From Bacillus subtilis subsp. subtilis str. 168 (GTDB lineage Bacteria > Bacillota > Bacilli > Bacillales > Bacillaceae): DNA of 64,000 nt. Numbering within the stretch: position 1 is the stretch's first letter; every line of letters begins with the position of its first letter. The notes under the pieces were generated by a model. That model ran no database searches. It saw only the letters and a list, made by a program, of their open reading frames with translations, and was not told where the DNA came from. The position numbers and the translations under genes are program-made. The stretch spans positions 2,170,001 through 2,234,000 of the forward strand of contig NC_000964.3 in assembly GCF_000009045.1 (NCBI RefSeq), written 5' to 3'. Shown here piece by piece: positions 28,835-38,581 of the stretch.

Positions 28835-28850
28835 TAAAACTTCAATTTTA
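28835..28850. repeat. TAAAA-N6-TTTTA boundary site
   Basis: TAAAActtcaaTTTTA; supplies the yoqG stop codon. Confidence 0.75.
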
Positions 28851-29105
28851 TTTTGATTTAATCTCAACAATTAGACTGTCAGGATAGTTTTTCAAATCAA
28901 GTGCGTTTACATGACAGTGACCTACATATCCTTCTTTATCAACGTAATTATAATAAAACTTTTCCCCATTATTAATGATAACTTCGCCATTATGTGTATA
29001 CTCCATCTCTGTTCCTTTATACCAAGTTACTTGAACTTTTGTGCCAGGTTTGATTTTATTTAAATCAAATATTGTTATTTCTTTTAGCAGGTTCATTTTC
29101 TCCAT
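28848..29105 (-). CDS. yoqG: Hypothetical protein (85 aa)
   Basis: GGGGGA RBS before MEKMN. Confidence 0.78.
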   Translation of the reverse strand: MEKMNLLKEITIFDLNKIKPGTKVQVTWYKGTEMEYTHNGEVIINNGEKFYYNYVDKEGYVGHCHVNALDLKNYPDSLIVEIKSK

Positions 29106-29149
29106 TTTTATTCCCCCGATTCTCATTAAACTTCAATTAGACTCTGTTT

Positions 29150-29353
29150 TTAATCCCAATTAAAATGTTTGGGTCTAGCGACAAATTCGTAGTTCTCCTC
29201 CCAATCAAATTGTCTCAAACCATCTTCTTCAAATTCCCAGCATTCGCCGAGTAAAGGATCGTCTAATTCAGGAACTCTTTTTTTTAAAGTTCGAAGTTTG
29301 TTGAGATGACTAGCTGTTTTAAATTTAACTTTATCCATTGGTGCAAATTTCAT
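29150..29353 (-). CDS. yoqF: Hypothetical protein (67 aa)
   Basis: ORF track; gene order. Confidence 0.72.
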   Translation of the reverse strand: MKFAPMDKVKFKTASHLNKLRTLKKRVPELDDPLLGECWEFEEDGLRQFDWEENYEFVARPKHFNWD

Positions 29354-29361
29354 TTTTCCAT

Positions 29362-29526
29362 CTACTTTCTTTTAATTTTTCTTATTTCAAAACGCCATTT
29401 GTATGCATCTGTACCAATTCGATTGAATAGCTCTTTTCTTGCTTTTGTTTTTGAAGGCTCCTCAATTCCAAAGCAAAACTTTCGTGATCTAGTACTGTAA
29501 ACTCCGTATAAAACATTATTCTCCAT
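29362..29526 (-). CDS. yoqE: Hypothetical protein (54 aa)
   Basis: GGAGG RBS before MENNV. Confidence 0.72.
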   Translation of the reverse strand: MENNVLYGVYSTRSRKFCFGIEEPSKTKARKELFNRIGTDAYKWRFEIRKIKRK

Positions 29527-29547
29527 CTTCCATCCTCCGATTCTCTT

Positions 29548-29563
29548 TAAAATTTTACTTTTA
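29548..29563. repeat. TAAAA-N6-TTTTA boundary site
   Basis: TAAAAttttacTTTTA, intergenic yoqD/yoqE. Confidence 0.75.
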
Positions 29564-29579
29564 TCTAAAGTTTTCAAAT

Positions 29580-30335
29580 CTATGATGCTATTTCTCTTTT
29601 GTGCCCATGTTTCTTTAGAAGATCAACAATAAAATCGGCACCTTTAGGAGTAACAAGAGTAATTGTTTTAATTCCAACACTTGTCTCCTGGGTCTTCACT
29701 TGAAAGAATCCTCTTTCTACATATTTTTGATATGGGGCGTTTTTGTTTGTTCCATCAATAAGAACTTTATTTTCCCTCAAAAAGCGAAATAAATTGTTTT
29801 GGCCCATTCCTTTTATGCCAATTGCTTTTGCCACTTGTCCTATTTTCATTAATCCATCTGTATTAAGAAAGCGATCATATTTCTCCACTTTTGGTTCAGC
29901 CAATGTTAATTGCTCCTGCAATTCTCGTTTTGCTTTTCTTTCAGTGAAATAAGCAATGGCACGTTCATCTTCATTCATATCTAGATATGTATCAATTAGG
30001 GACGGTCTTGCTTTTAACGCCTTCTCCATTTCTTCAAATTTAGAAACATATTGAGCTGTGAATAATACCCCTTTAGCACCAGTCATTTTATTAGCAACCA
30101 TATCGCATCCTTTTCGGGTTAAATGGAAATGCTTCAATGAGCGACCAGTTGCATCTTTATATGTACTTTCTAAGAAAAATTCCACTGAACGCAATTTTGC
30201 GTTTAGTAAGATCGCTACATATCCATCAATACTTCTAAGTAAATCTGTATGTCTCTTACCTACCATCTCTGCCACTTCACGGCTGTCAACCAAAAGCTGT
30301 CCATTCTGTTCAATTACTGTTAGATAACTTTCCAT
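29580..30335 (-). CDS. yoqD: Phage antirepressor (Rha-like N-terminus plus KilAC/ANT C-terminus)
   Basis: DSREVAEMVGKRH, LTRKGCDMV; C-terminal PKV..YD..L...Y..RG.F..K..TPKG. Confidence 0.9.
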   Translation of the reverse strand: MESYLTVIEQNGQLLVDSREVAEMVGKRHTDLLRSIDGYVAILLNAKLRSVEFFLESTYKDATGRSLKHFHLTRKGCDMVANKMTGAKGVLFTAQYVSKFEEMEKALKARPSLIDTYLDMNEDERAIAYFTERKAKRELQEQLTLAEPKVEKYDRFLNTDGLMKIGQVAKAIGIKGMGQNNLFRFLRENKVLIDGTNKNAPYQKYVERGFFQVKTQETSVGIKTITLVTPKGADFIVDLLKKHGHKREIAS

Positions 30336-30359
30336 TAAATACCTCCGTCTCATTTAATT

Positions 30360-30375
30360 TAAAATGCATCTTTTA
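30360..30375. repeat. TAAAA-N6-TTTTA boundary site
   Basis: TAAAAtgcatcTTTTA, directly after the yoqC stop. Confidence 0.75.
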
Positions 30376-30783
30376 TCACTTCTTTGCAGCATAGCTCTCA
30401 AAGAATTCTTCAACTGATCTTAGATAACGGTATTTATTTGGATCTTCTGGGTTTCTGAATCTCTTCGATAACACCAATGACCAATTAAACATCAATGGGG
30501 AAAATCTTGCCCATTTGCTAAAGCTTAACTGTAGGCCTTTCCATTCCCTACCCGCTAGTTCTGCTAATTCTAGAATCTGATCTTCTTTTATGTTCACTTC
30601 GTCTTCAAACATCACTTGAATTTCTTCGTATGGTTTATGCCCAAAACAACAGTGGCGTGTTTTTAATCCAATTTTGAAATTTAAAATATCAATTAAATGA
30701 ATCATTTGTGTATCAAGTTCATCATATGGGATACCATTTCGGATGAATTTTTCTCTTTGGTTTGTTTTCACATTAACCTCCAA
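30376..30783 (-). CDS. yoqC: Hypothetical protein (135 aa)
   Basis: ORF; [12 protein letters not shown] motif. Confidence 0.82.
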
Positions 30784-30789
30784 TAACAG

Positions 30790-31128
30790 TTACACCTCCT
30801 GGCCACTCCACGCTTCAAATTTTTCTATTGCAGCCTTTTGTTTATTTTCATGATTAATTTGCTCCTTTATGGAGTTTTCATAGTTAATAACTTCATTGAT
30901 TGCCATCTGTATGTAATCGTAATCCCACTTTTCTTCGAAATAACTCGGAGCGAAGTCTCCTTCTCTTGTAAGACACTTGAATTTTTCTTTCCTGAAAAAA
31001 CCGCGCACCTTTTTATATAAAGATACTTTGACAAAACCTTTTGAGTGTCTATCGTTATAAATGCTAACGGCATACTCATTCCCTTCAACTGATGTCACGG
31101 GATATTTGTGCAAATGAAATTCCTTCAT
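30790..31128 (-). CDS. yoqB: Hypothetical protein (112 aa)
   Basis: ORF; overlaps the yoqA stop. Confidence 0.8.
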   Translation of the reverse strand: MKEFHLHKYPVTSVEGNEYAVSIYNDRHSKGFVKVSLYKKVRGFFRKEKFKCLTREGDFAPSYFEEKWDYDYIQMAINEVINYENSIKEQINHENKQKAAIEKFEAWSGQEV

Positions 31129-31475
31129 TCCACGTCCTCCTCATAAAGTCGTTTGTATCTTTGAACTGCTTTTCCTTTCGAATATAAAAATTCAGGTTTA
31201 TATAAGATTAAAACCGGTAGTTTGTCTATGGTCAGAACAGTGTTGTCGTCCTTATCTACGACTAATTCAGCCCGTTCAATTGTTTCCTCCAACGGTACGT
31301 TACAGTGTTCAAATGCTTTTTTAATCTCTGCATCGAAAACCCGTTTCTGTTCATCAAACGTCTTCCAAATATCATTTTGCCAGCCTTCAATAGGTGCAGA
31401 ATTAACCAGAAATGATTCTCCATCCGGCGTAATCATTCGGAACTTCAATTCGTTGTTATCTATTTCCTCCATCAC
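31125..31475 (-). CDS. yoqA: Hypothetical protein (116 aa)
   Basis: ORF with GGAGG RBS. Confidence 0.8.
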   Translation of the reverse strand: MMEEIDNNELKFRMITPDGESFLVNSAPIEGWQNDIWKTFDEQKRVFDAEIKKAFEHCNVPLEETIERAELVVDKDDNTVLTIDKLPVLILYKPEFLYSKGKAVQRYKRLYEEDVE

Positions 31476-31487
31476 TCAACGCCCTCC

Positions 31488-31691
31488 TTATCCCCAAAGG
31501 TATTTTATAGCACTAACAATTCCATAAACGATCCAGGATGAAGCGAAAAACAACAGTCTCCAATTTTGAGTGACGATCTGTTTGTTCTGACATTCGACCG
31601 TCTGCCCTAATTCCTCATTCCTGCGACGCAATTCCTTATTTTCTTTTTCGATAACGTCGATCTGTGCCTGTAATTGCATTTCACTTGTCAC
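31488..31691 (-). CDS. yopZ: Coiled-coil protein with C-terminal TM segment (67 aa)
   Basis: Heptad-rich N-terminus, hydrophobic C-terminus. Confidence 0.78.
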   Translation of the reverse strand: MTSEMQLQAQIDVIEKENKELRRRNEELGQTVECQNKQIVTQNWRLLFFASSWIVYGIVSAIKYLWG

Positions 31692-31704
31692 TCCGCGCCC
31701 TCCT

Positions 31705-31983
31705 TTACTCTTTCCATTGGAACCCGATATTTAAATTCACCTGTTTCGGACTTAATATCTTAATTCGGCTCCAATCTTCAAACAAACTTTTCAAATCGTT
31801 CTTTGTTGATACAGTTTTAACATGGAACGTCTCTAAATCGATTAAATGTATCTTATTTCTATTTGTAACATCCATTTTCACAATCCAAACATCGTCATTT
31901 CTTAAAATGAAGTATCCATCTTGGATATCATTAATTGATAACCCTTTGCGCTTCTCTTGTTTTACTTTCAAATTGATTGTCAT
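31705..31983 (-). CDS. yopY: Hypothetical protein (92 aa)
   Basis: ORF coupled to yopX. Confidence 0.78.
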   Translation of the reverse strand: MTINLKVKQEKRKGLSINDIQDGYFILRNDDVWIVKMDVTNRNKIHLIDLETFHVKTVSTKNDLKSLFEDWSRIKILSPKQVNLNIGFQWKE

Positions 31984-32384
31984 TTCACACCCTCCAATAA
32001 CTCAGGATTTTGATAAACGTCTCCGATTACTTCAATAGTTGCATATTCCACCCACCCGACGGCAGTCACGTCATAATCAGCGGAAATTTTTGATACATCT
32101 ACTTGGAAAACGCCATCTGAAAACTTAACTTCGCAAACATCTGATGATTCTTTATCATCACTCGTTATTTTTACTATAGACCTATCATAAATAAATTTGC
32201 CTCTTACCTTTGCTCCCCACATGAGAGCCGCGTTTCTATTCGTGCTGTCTACAACCGGAACCAAAACATCTGTGTATAAACGTTTCAAAGTCCAATCGCC
32301 GTTGCTTTTGATGATAAGGCTCAAACCTTCATCATCCCAATAATGCATCTGCTCGCCGTCCCAAACTCTGTATGCTGTGTTCAT
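31980..32384 (-). CDS. yopX: YopX-family phage protein
   Basis: YRVWDG at the N-terminus and EVIGDVYQNPELL at the C-terminus. Confidence 0.92.
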   Translation of the reverse strand: MNTAYRVWDGEQMHYWDDEGLSLIIKSNGDWTLKRLYTDVLVPVVDSTNRNAALMWGAKVRGKFIYDRSIVKITSDDKESSDVCEVKFSDGVFQVDVSKISADYDVTAVGWVEYATIEVIGDVYQNPELLEGVK

Positions 32385-32716
32385 TCAACTGGATCCTCCT
32401 CATCCGTATTTATGATTGCTCCAATTAGCTTAGTTAAATGAATCACTTGATCTTTATTTACAGCTGTGATTGCACCATACGGATGCTCTATGAAACATAC
32501 TTCATTATTTTCATTGGTATATAAAGTACAATTACATGTAGTACACACATAATTTTCGTTAATCGTTTGGTCTGCTAAATTAATTAAAGACCCTTCATCA
32601 TGATCCAGCACTTCAATTTTCTTACCTTCTTCATAATCACTGATTTCAAGTTTTAACTCACCGAAAAACACTAATGGTTTAAGACAGAGCTTCAATTCAT
32701 CTAATGATAATTCCAA
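32381..32716 (-). CDS. yopW: Hypothetical protein (111 aa)
   Basis: GGAGG RBS, TTG start. Confidence 0.8.
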   Translation of the reverse strand: MELSLDELKLCLKPLVFFGELKLEISDYEEGKKIEVLDHDEGSLINLADQTINENYVCTTCNCTLYTNENNEVCFIEHPYGAITAVNKDQVIHLTKLIGAIINTDEEDPVE

Positions 32717-32804
32717 GTGATATCCCCCTCCAATTCGAATCTCGATGAAACTTACATTTTATCCACTAATTTTAATTTTGTTACCTTAGTGAAAATTACA
32801 CAAT

Positions 32805-32999
32805 TCAATATGTACTTACTTCTTTGCCCTTACTTTCTTCTTCTCTTAACATATCTTCAGCTATATACATCCCCTCGTAAGCATAATCAATTATTGAATG
32901 AAATTCTCCGATGACTCTTCGTAAATTTTCCTCTTCTTTGTATGCTTTTAATCGCAGAATCGTTTTCATTAATTTATCGAGCTTTTCATCAAGCAACAT
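32805..32999 (-). CDS. yopV: Hypothetical protein (about 64 aa)
   Basis: ORF track; start uncertain (33014 or 32999). Confidence 0.72.
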   Translation of the reverse strand: MLLDEKLDKLMKTILRLKAYKEEENLRRVIGEFHSIIDYAYEGMYIAEDMLREEESKGKEVSTY

Positions 33000-33017
33000 A
33001 GCTCTCTTTACCATCTC

Positions 33018-33046
33018 CTATATACATATTATTTGTATTTGAATAA
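33018..33046 (-). promoter_or_regulatory. SPBRE operator (degenerate promoter boxes) upstream of yopV
   Basis: AAATACAAATAATATGTATATAGG. Confidence 0.75.
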
Positions 33047-33073
33047 ACTATAACCCATCATTTAATATCTGTC

Positions 33074-33110
33074 AATTAGATTCGGCCAATTTATGTGACC
33101 GAATCTAATT
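33074..33110. terminator. Inverted repeat after yopU
   Basis: AATTAGATTCGG ... CCGAATCTAATT. Confidence 0.6.
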
Positions 33111-33308
33111 TTAATCTGAGAACATAAAGATCAATTCATTGATGTCATCCCTAAGCTTAACGAGGCTTTGTGGTGTAACTGAAATTGTAATATCTAATTT
33201 CTCTCCCTTGAAACAAAGTAGGAATTGATAATGTTCTGAAGTCAGCAATTTTTTTGTAAGTTTCAGACTAACCTCTTTGTAATTATCTTGATCAACAAAT
33301 ATATTCAA
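33111..33308 (-). CDS. yopU: Hypothetical protein (65 aa)
   Basis: ORF track; gene order. Confidence 0.72.
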   Translation of the reverse strand: MNIFVDQDNYKEVSLKLTKKLLTSEHYQFLLCFKGEKLDITISVTPQSLVKLRDDINELIFMFSD

Positions 33309-33377
33309 AACAATACCTTCATTCTCCTCTTGCTGCTGATTACATTATGTTTAATGGAGTCTTTCTTTTTTTTATTT

Positions 33378-33596
33378 TTACTCAGGCAATTCTTCTGTAT
33401 TTGTTATTTCATATTCCATATCACTTAATTTAAAATTTTCAACTGATCCGTCAGCTTTTAAAAACGAGACTTCTTTAGATAAAAGTAAATTTTCACAAAT
33501 CCTGGTTACTAATGTTTCAGAGACTTCTGGACTATCTGCTTTGTTTTTGAGTACAATCTCCAGATTCAGTGCAATATTGTTTAAATAACCTGCCAT
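33378..33596 (-). CDS. yopT: SOS-regulated small protein (72 aa)
   Basis: ORF downstream of a perfect LexA box. Confidence 0.8.
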   Translation of the reverse strand: MAGYLNNIALNLEIVLKNKADSPEVSETLVTRICENLLLSKEVSFLKADGSVENFKLSDMEYEITNTEELPE

Positions 33597-33646
33597 CCTC
33601 ATTCTCCTATGTTCAATTTTCTGTGATAAACCCTTAAGGTGTTAAG

Positions 33647-33660
33647 GGAACGTGCGTTCT
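33647..33660. promoter_or_regulatory. LexA box between yopT and yopS
   Basis: GGAACGTGCGTTCT, perfect GAAC-N4-GTTC. Confidence 0.85.
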
Positions 33661-33778
33661 GTTTTGTATAATCATTATACATAGAAAGTAGGTGTTATGC
33701 TAGTGGTTATTTATCGGCTTCGTATGGTATGATATGTATTATGTCTTTCCATAACAGAACGCAGGAGGATGTCCGATT

Positions 33779-34003
33779 ATGATTAAAGTTGAGATCGGGC
33801 AATGCTTGATACCTGAATTATGTAGAAAGAAAGACATTACAATCAATGAACTTTCAGAGATAACTGGGATTAAGAAACAGCAGCTGAGCGACTATAATCG
33901 ATTAGTTAAAGTAGATATGTCTATTCGAACTGCAAAAAGAATTGCTGCTGCTTTAGATTGTAATGTCGAAGACCTCTATGAATTCAAGGTTGAAAGGCAT
34001 TGA
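33779..34003 (+). CDS. yopS: XRE-family HTH transcription regulator
   Basis: ITINELSEITGIKKQQLSDY...IAAALDCNVEDLY. Confidence 0.9.
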   Translation: MIKVEIGQCLIPELCRKKDITINELSEITGIKKQQLSDYNRLVKVDMSIRTAKRIAAALDCNVEDLYEFKVERH

Positions 34004-34152
34004 AACGACTAAGACTTTGGTCTTGGTCTCCTCCTTAGTAAACCATATGGTTTACATGACCATCTTACTACATTTAAACATGTATTTAAAGTGATTATTT
34101 TGTCTATTTTTGTCGAAATGCGAATTTTTTCACAATTTTTTGAGATAAAAGA

Positions 34153-34186
34153 AAAATCCATTTAACCAAAATAGTCAAATGGATTT
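34153..34186. terminator. Hairpin between convergent yopS and yopR
   Basis: AAATCCATTT ... AAATGGATTT. Confidence 0.55.
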
Positions 34187-34191
34187 CATAT

Positions 34192-35169
34192 TTAAATGGT
34201 CGTCTCTTTTAGACCTAGTTCTTCTGCGTAATATTTATTAACTTCTTCCTCATTAATATAATCTTGCATTGAATAAACTGCTCGATATTTGGATTTTACC
34301 CTTAAATTAAAGTCATCTATAATCTGATACCTTACAGAGTTATCAATAACCCCTTTTTCTTTATAAAGCTGATATGCTCTATACAAATGACCAGATCTAA
34401 CAATAGTATTTGGTGTTAAAAAGTTAATTTTAAAGAACTCAGATATATCAGTAATTAGATTAGTTATGACAAATTTACTTGCTTGGCCGTCTCCTTTGTT
34501 GGACGTTCTTTTTGTTTTAACTACATAATCATTTTCAACTAAAAAGACTTCTTTTGTTTGGCCTTTTGCCTTCCCATTCTTTAATTTATATTTAGTTTCC
34601 TGAGCTGCATTTAAGGCAATAACAAGACATTCACTACTAACTTTTAGTTTTCGTTCACCGTGCTTTGAATCATAGAGGGTTAAAACGTTACCGTTAAGCA
34701 TTGCATCCTCAACTTGCTTCTTCGTTAAACTTAGCAATTCAGAATGAGCTAAACCAGAAACTCCTTCAAAAAGTAGTCTTAACACAGCCTTAGATTGATA
34801 ATTAACTAATTGATTTTCCATTTCCTCTAATTCACTATAAGTAATATATAATTTTTTGTCCCCGAGACATTCATAAAGCTCTTCTTCAGAAATAGTTCTT
34901 GCTAAATTGGTTAATCCTTTACTTAACTTATATGAAATTGCCCAATCAATATACAATGACAATAATGCTAAGGTTCTTCGAACACTACCGATAGTGGTTT
35001 GATCGAATGATCGTATAAGTTCTAAAATTTGCATTGATGTGAAATCATAAATGTCTTTATTATATAAAGTCTCAGTAATCTCTGCTTTTGCAAAAATAGG
35101 CCTCATCTGCATAACCATACCCTCAGATAAGGTATCTAAATATTTTTCCTTAATCTCACTATTGAACAT
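34192..35169 (-). CDS. yopR: Master repressor MrpR (SroF), catalytically degenerate tyrosine-recombinase fold
   Basis: Recombinase-like layout lacking the R..E, HxxR and GH motifs; last gene of the sro operon. Confidence 0.9.
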   Translation of the reverse strand: MFNSEIKEKYLDTLSEGMVMQMRPIFAKAEITETLYNKDIYDFTSMQILELIRSFDQTTIGSVRRTLALLSLYIDWAISYKLSKGLTNLARTISEEELYECLGDKKLYITYSELEEMENQLVNYQSKAVLRLLFEGVSGLAHSELLSLTKKQVEDAMLNGNVLTLYDSKHGERKLKVSSECLVIALNAAQETKYKLKNGKAKGQTKEVFLVENDYVVKTKRTSNKGDGQASKFVITNLITDISEFFKINFLTPNTIVRSGHLYRAYQLYKEKGVIDNSVRYQIIDDFNLRVKSKYRAVYSMQDYINEEEVNKYYAEELGLKETTI

Positions 35170-35192
35170 TGCAACAAACAACTCCTAAGTAA

Positions 35193-36575
35193 TTACTCGT
35201 CTATTTTTAAATTATTGAAGAAATTCCATATCTTTTGTGGTGATTTAGCATTTCCATTCTTGTCTACTACACCTAATTCATCCCACAACTTATTTTTCTT
35301 ACTAAAATCTATAGAGCCTAAAACATCAGTAATCTTACTTTCCAACTCGTCTAGGCTTACCCCATCTAATTGCAATTTCTTAGCTAATCCCACATAACCA
35401 TTAAAGAACAAATAGTTGTTTACAAAACTTCTCTTCCGTTCTTTTGCTATATCACCTAAGAACTCATCTACATATTGTGTAGCTAAAGCATCAAAGAAAG
35501 ATGTAAGGTATCTTGCAGTTTTTAAGATGTCTGCTTGAGTAGAAAAATCTTTTTTAGAATAGCTTCTTTCAATTGCCTTTTTGAAGTCAGAAAAAGTTAT
35601 AAGTAAGTTTTGATTCTGATTTATCCAGTCTCCATTTGTCTTTATATAATCACCAATTATGCTATTGTCCTGAATAAACTTAACAATTTTATTTGAATAA
35701 ACATTTTGACTCATCTCAGCCACTTTAGATTTTTTAACTGGGTTTATTGTGTTTTGTTGCCCAAAATGCTCTCTCGCCCTTTTTTGAGTGTAGTTATAGA
35801 TGTCCACTTTAAAGGTTTCTTCAAACAAATGATCTAACTCAGGATGTTGTCTTATAGCCATAGTAATGCCTATTAGCCGGTGATACCCGTCTAAAACGTC
35901 TAAAATGGTGTCTTCAGTCACTGTAAGAGACATAGTGTCGTCATCATATTTTAATTCTTCGCCACAACTTGCGCTTCCAACACGTGCATTAAACGTAAAA
36001 ACTGATTTAATTAATTTCCCATCTAAGAACAGTTCCTTTATTTCTTCAACCGATTGTTTATTGAGCTGCGGTACAGGTATCTCAATATCTGAGCCCTCTA
36101 GTTTTTTCGTTTTGTTCGTTCTTTGAGCATTAGGATTATAGTGCAATAACTTATTTTCAAATAGCATAAACAACTCTTTAGCAGTGATGGGGAAGAAATA
36201 ATTATCATCCGAATACTTTACAACTTGTTTGAATGTATACGGAAATTTTATATCTTCCTCCACAGATCCTTCCCATAACGTTTCAATTTCTCTCATATCC
36301 GTTTCTGTGAAGTAATTTCGTGGATTAAACCTTTCACTTTCAAGAACTGAGTATAGGGACTTGGCTAAAAAGTACATATATTCTTTAGAAATTTCGACTT
36401 CTGGATTTTCTATATCATAAATTAATTTTTGTGTTGTCCCTGGAGTAATTTTATTTTTAGCCATCTCTAATTGAATATCGTTAATAAAAGATCTTATGTG
36501 TTTATTTTTCGAGATAGCATCTTTCATTTCTGAAAGCAGTTTCTCATTTGCAGACTGATCAAAGATCACTGTCAT
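35193..36575 (-). CDS. yopQ: DndB/DGQHR-domain protein (SroE)
   Basis: LDVLDGYHRL motif; F...NT..PV. Confidence 0.85.
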   Translation of the reverse strand: MTVIFDQSANEKLLSEMKDAISKNKHIRSFINDIQLEMAKNKITPGTTQKLIYDIENPEVEISKEYMYFLAKSLYSVLESERFNPRNYFTETDMREIETLWEGSVEEDIKFPYTFKQVVKYSDDNYFFPITAKELFMLFENKLLHYNPNAQRTNKTKKLEGSDIEIPVPQLNKQSVEEIKELFLDGKLIKSVFTFNARVGSASCGEELKYDDDTMSLTVTEDTILDVLDGYHRLIGITMAIRQHPELDHLFEETFKVDIYNYTQKRAREHFGQQNTINPVKKSKVAEMSQNVYSNKIVKFIQDNSIIGDYIKTNGDWINQNQNLLITFSDFKKAIERSYSKKDFSTQADILKTARYLTSFFDALATQYVDEFLGDIAKERKRSFVNNYLFFNGYVGLAKKLQLDGVSLDELESKITDVLGSIDFSKKNKLWDELGVVDKNGNAKSPQKIWNFFNNLKIDE

Positions 36576-36681
36576 ATAGCCTTTCACCTCATGTCATGTT
36601 GCTAAATTTAAAGTTACCAAAGGCAATCTGGTTAATCAAGAAGAATTATCATTTGAACTGAGTAATATACCGAAAAAATGA

Positions 36682-37758
36682 TTATCGCTCATTTACATGC
36701 TTTATAAACTTTTTTAATGTAACAAGATCAGCGTTTTCAAAAAAACTAATAAAATCCTCTTGGGTTGCTTCATATAGTGGATTTAAATCGATTTTTTCAT
36801 CCATTGTTACACCAGCAGAGTTCGCTATGTTAATCTTTCTGCTCATATATCTCTCTGTTGTTAATGTGTTTTTATGATTTCCTTGTTCTTTTGCTGCAAG
36901 TAAATCGTGACCAGAATTCTCATAGACATAGTCAATTCCTACACCCTTAAATGAGTGTAAGACTAATTCTCTTTCAGGAGGTATTCCTAACCTTTTTTTC
37001 GACCTTTTTAAGGAGTGTCGTAAAGATTGTTCCGAAAGCCCCTGAAAAACCAATTCAGTTTCGCTGTCATCCTCTTCCTTCAGCTGCAACAATTCCTCAT
37101 AAAATACCTGGTTAATGCCTGTAGACACAACCTGAGATCCTTTATCAATAACTGTTACTATATAATGGCCTGTACTTTCATCAAGCTGTATGTCTTTCCA
37201 TCTTACTCGCAAAATCGCACTTACACGAAAAGAAGTTCTGATGGCGAATTTAACAAACAGCTTTTTCATTAAAGGTTTCTGTCTTTCATTTATATACATA
37301 TCCTGAGCGATTCTTTCGGCTTCTGTCTGGGTTGTTTTATCCCAGTTTTTAGTTACTGTTTTAAGCCTTTCGACAGTATTAAACACCGACAAGTCAATAT
37401 AGTCCTTATAATCATGCTCCAAATATGTATAGAGCATCTTCAAGGAGGTCATTTTTCTGTTAATACTATTATTAACTAATCCCTTTTCCTGAAGATACTT
37501 CACATAGTTGCTTAATTCGCTTTTACTTACAACTAAATCATCGGGAACTAAACTTTTGACATCTTTACCTTTAATCACACTAAAGAACTGCTTAATATCC
37601 CCTTCATAATTCTTTCTGGTGTTCGACACCCTTCTAGTTGATGAAGGCATCATATAGTTAGAATTCCCTGAGCTACTTCTTATATCTTTATTGATTAAAA
37701 AGCCCTCGATATCATCGTAAACCGCATAATTTTTTAATTGTTTAATTTTATTTTGCAT
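36682..37758 (-). CDS. yopP: Tyrosine recombinase-like protein (SroD)
   Basis: FRVSA (R), DKG (K), LHSFK, QGNH, TERY motifs. Confidence 0.9.
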   Translation of the reverse strand: MQNKIKQLKNYAVYDDIEGFLINKDIRSSSGNSNYMMPSSTRRVSNTRKNYEGDIKQFFSVIKGKDVKSLVPDDLVVSKSELSNYVKYLQEKGLVNNSINRKMTSLKMLYTYLEHDYKDYIDLSVFNTVERLKTVTKNWDKTTQTEAERIAQDMYINERQKPLMKKLFVKFAIRTSFRVSAILRVRWKDIQLDESTGHYIVTVIDKGSQVVSTGINQVFYEELLQLKEEDDSETELVFQGLSEQSLRHSLKRSKKRLGIPPERELVLHSFKGVGIDYVYENSGHDLLAAKEQGNHKNTLTTERYMSRKINIANSAGVTMDEKIDLNPLYEATQEDFISFFENADLVTLKKFIKHVNER

Positions 37759-37960
37759 TATCTTCTCCTCCTTTCTCATCTAATAACTCATCAATAGAGA
37801 CATTCAACACCAGAGCGATAAGCTTTATGGTTGTAACATCTGATTCATCTGGCATTTCAATGATTTTGTTTAATGTCTGCATATCAATCATTGTCTCCCT
37901 CGACAATTCCTCTATTGTGATGCCACGTTTGACCATTAGCTGTTTTATTCGCTCTGACAT
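37748..37960 (-). CDS. yopO: XRE-family HTH regulator (SroC)
   Basis: ITIEELSRETMIDMQTLNKI...IALVLNVSIDEL. Confidence 0.88.
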   Translation of the reverse strand: MSERIKQLMVKRGITIEELSRETMIDMQTLNKIIEMPDESDVTTIKLIALVLNVSIDELLDEKGGEDNAK

Positions 37961-38007
37961 GTCAACCTCCTATTTTTATGTATACTATAGACTGCAGTGC
38001 GTATATG

Positions 38008-38328
38008 TTATGGTTGATAAATAAACTCTTCAAATTCAATTGCAATGTGTCGTTTTAAATTCTTCACAAAATGTATTAGGGATCTAAAATGCGGATTATT
38101 TTCAATGCTTCTTTTTAATCCATCTCCACCTAATAATACTCTATTTAGATCTTTTAATAATGCTGCTATCTCTATTTTTGCACCATGTAGATCATCTTCA
38201 GTTTTTGCATTAACAATCATTTTCCTAATGTTTAGTACACTCTCTATGTAAGTTTGTTTAGCATTTAATACAAAATCGGCATCAATATCTTTATGATTTG
38301 TAGACCTAAGTTCTACAACATGCATCAT
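38008..38328 (-). CDS. yopN: Lysogeny-promoting protein (SroB)
   Basis: ORF coupled to the yopM stop (TAATG). Confidence 0.82.
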
Positions 38329-38528
38329 TAATCCTCCTTGTATTCGCTTAGCAATTTCATGTATCCTTTAGTTAGTTGTTTTCGAACATTTTCATTCTTC
38401 ATTATTTTTGACTTTTCAATGCTTTTTTCATGAAAAAACAAATCATTTTTAACTAAGCTTTCAACTTTCTTTTGGTAAATGGTTTTATGCATTGTCATAC
38501 TGTTTTTTAAGTAACTAATTGCGGACAT
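38328..38528 (-). CDS. yopM: Small basic protein (SroA)
   Basis: GGAGG RBS; first gene of the sro operon. Confidence 0.8.
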
Positions 38529-38539
38529 ACCACCAACCT

Positions 38540-38568
38540 CCTATATACATATTTTTTATCTTTTGCAT
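38540..38568 (-). promoter_or_regulatory. SPBRE operator abutting the yopM RBS
   Basis: AAAAGATAAAAAATATGTATATAGGAGG. Confidence 0.75.
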
Positions 38569-38581
38569 CTATAGCAATTGT

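Noticed and set aside
34417-34432. Perfect TAAAA-N6-TTTTA inside yopR (also 5405-5420 inside yorM)
   Set aside because: Coding position; a few chance matches are expected at this AT content, so not counted as boundary sites
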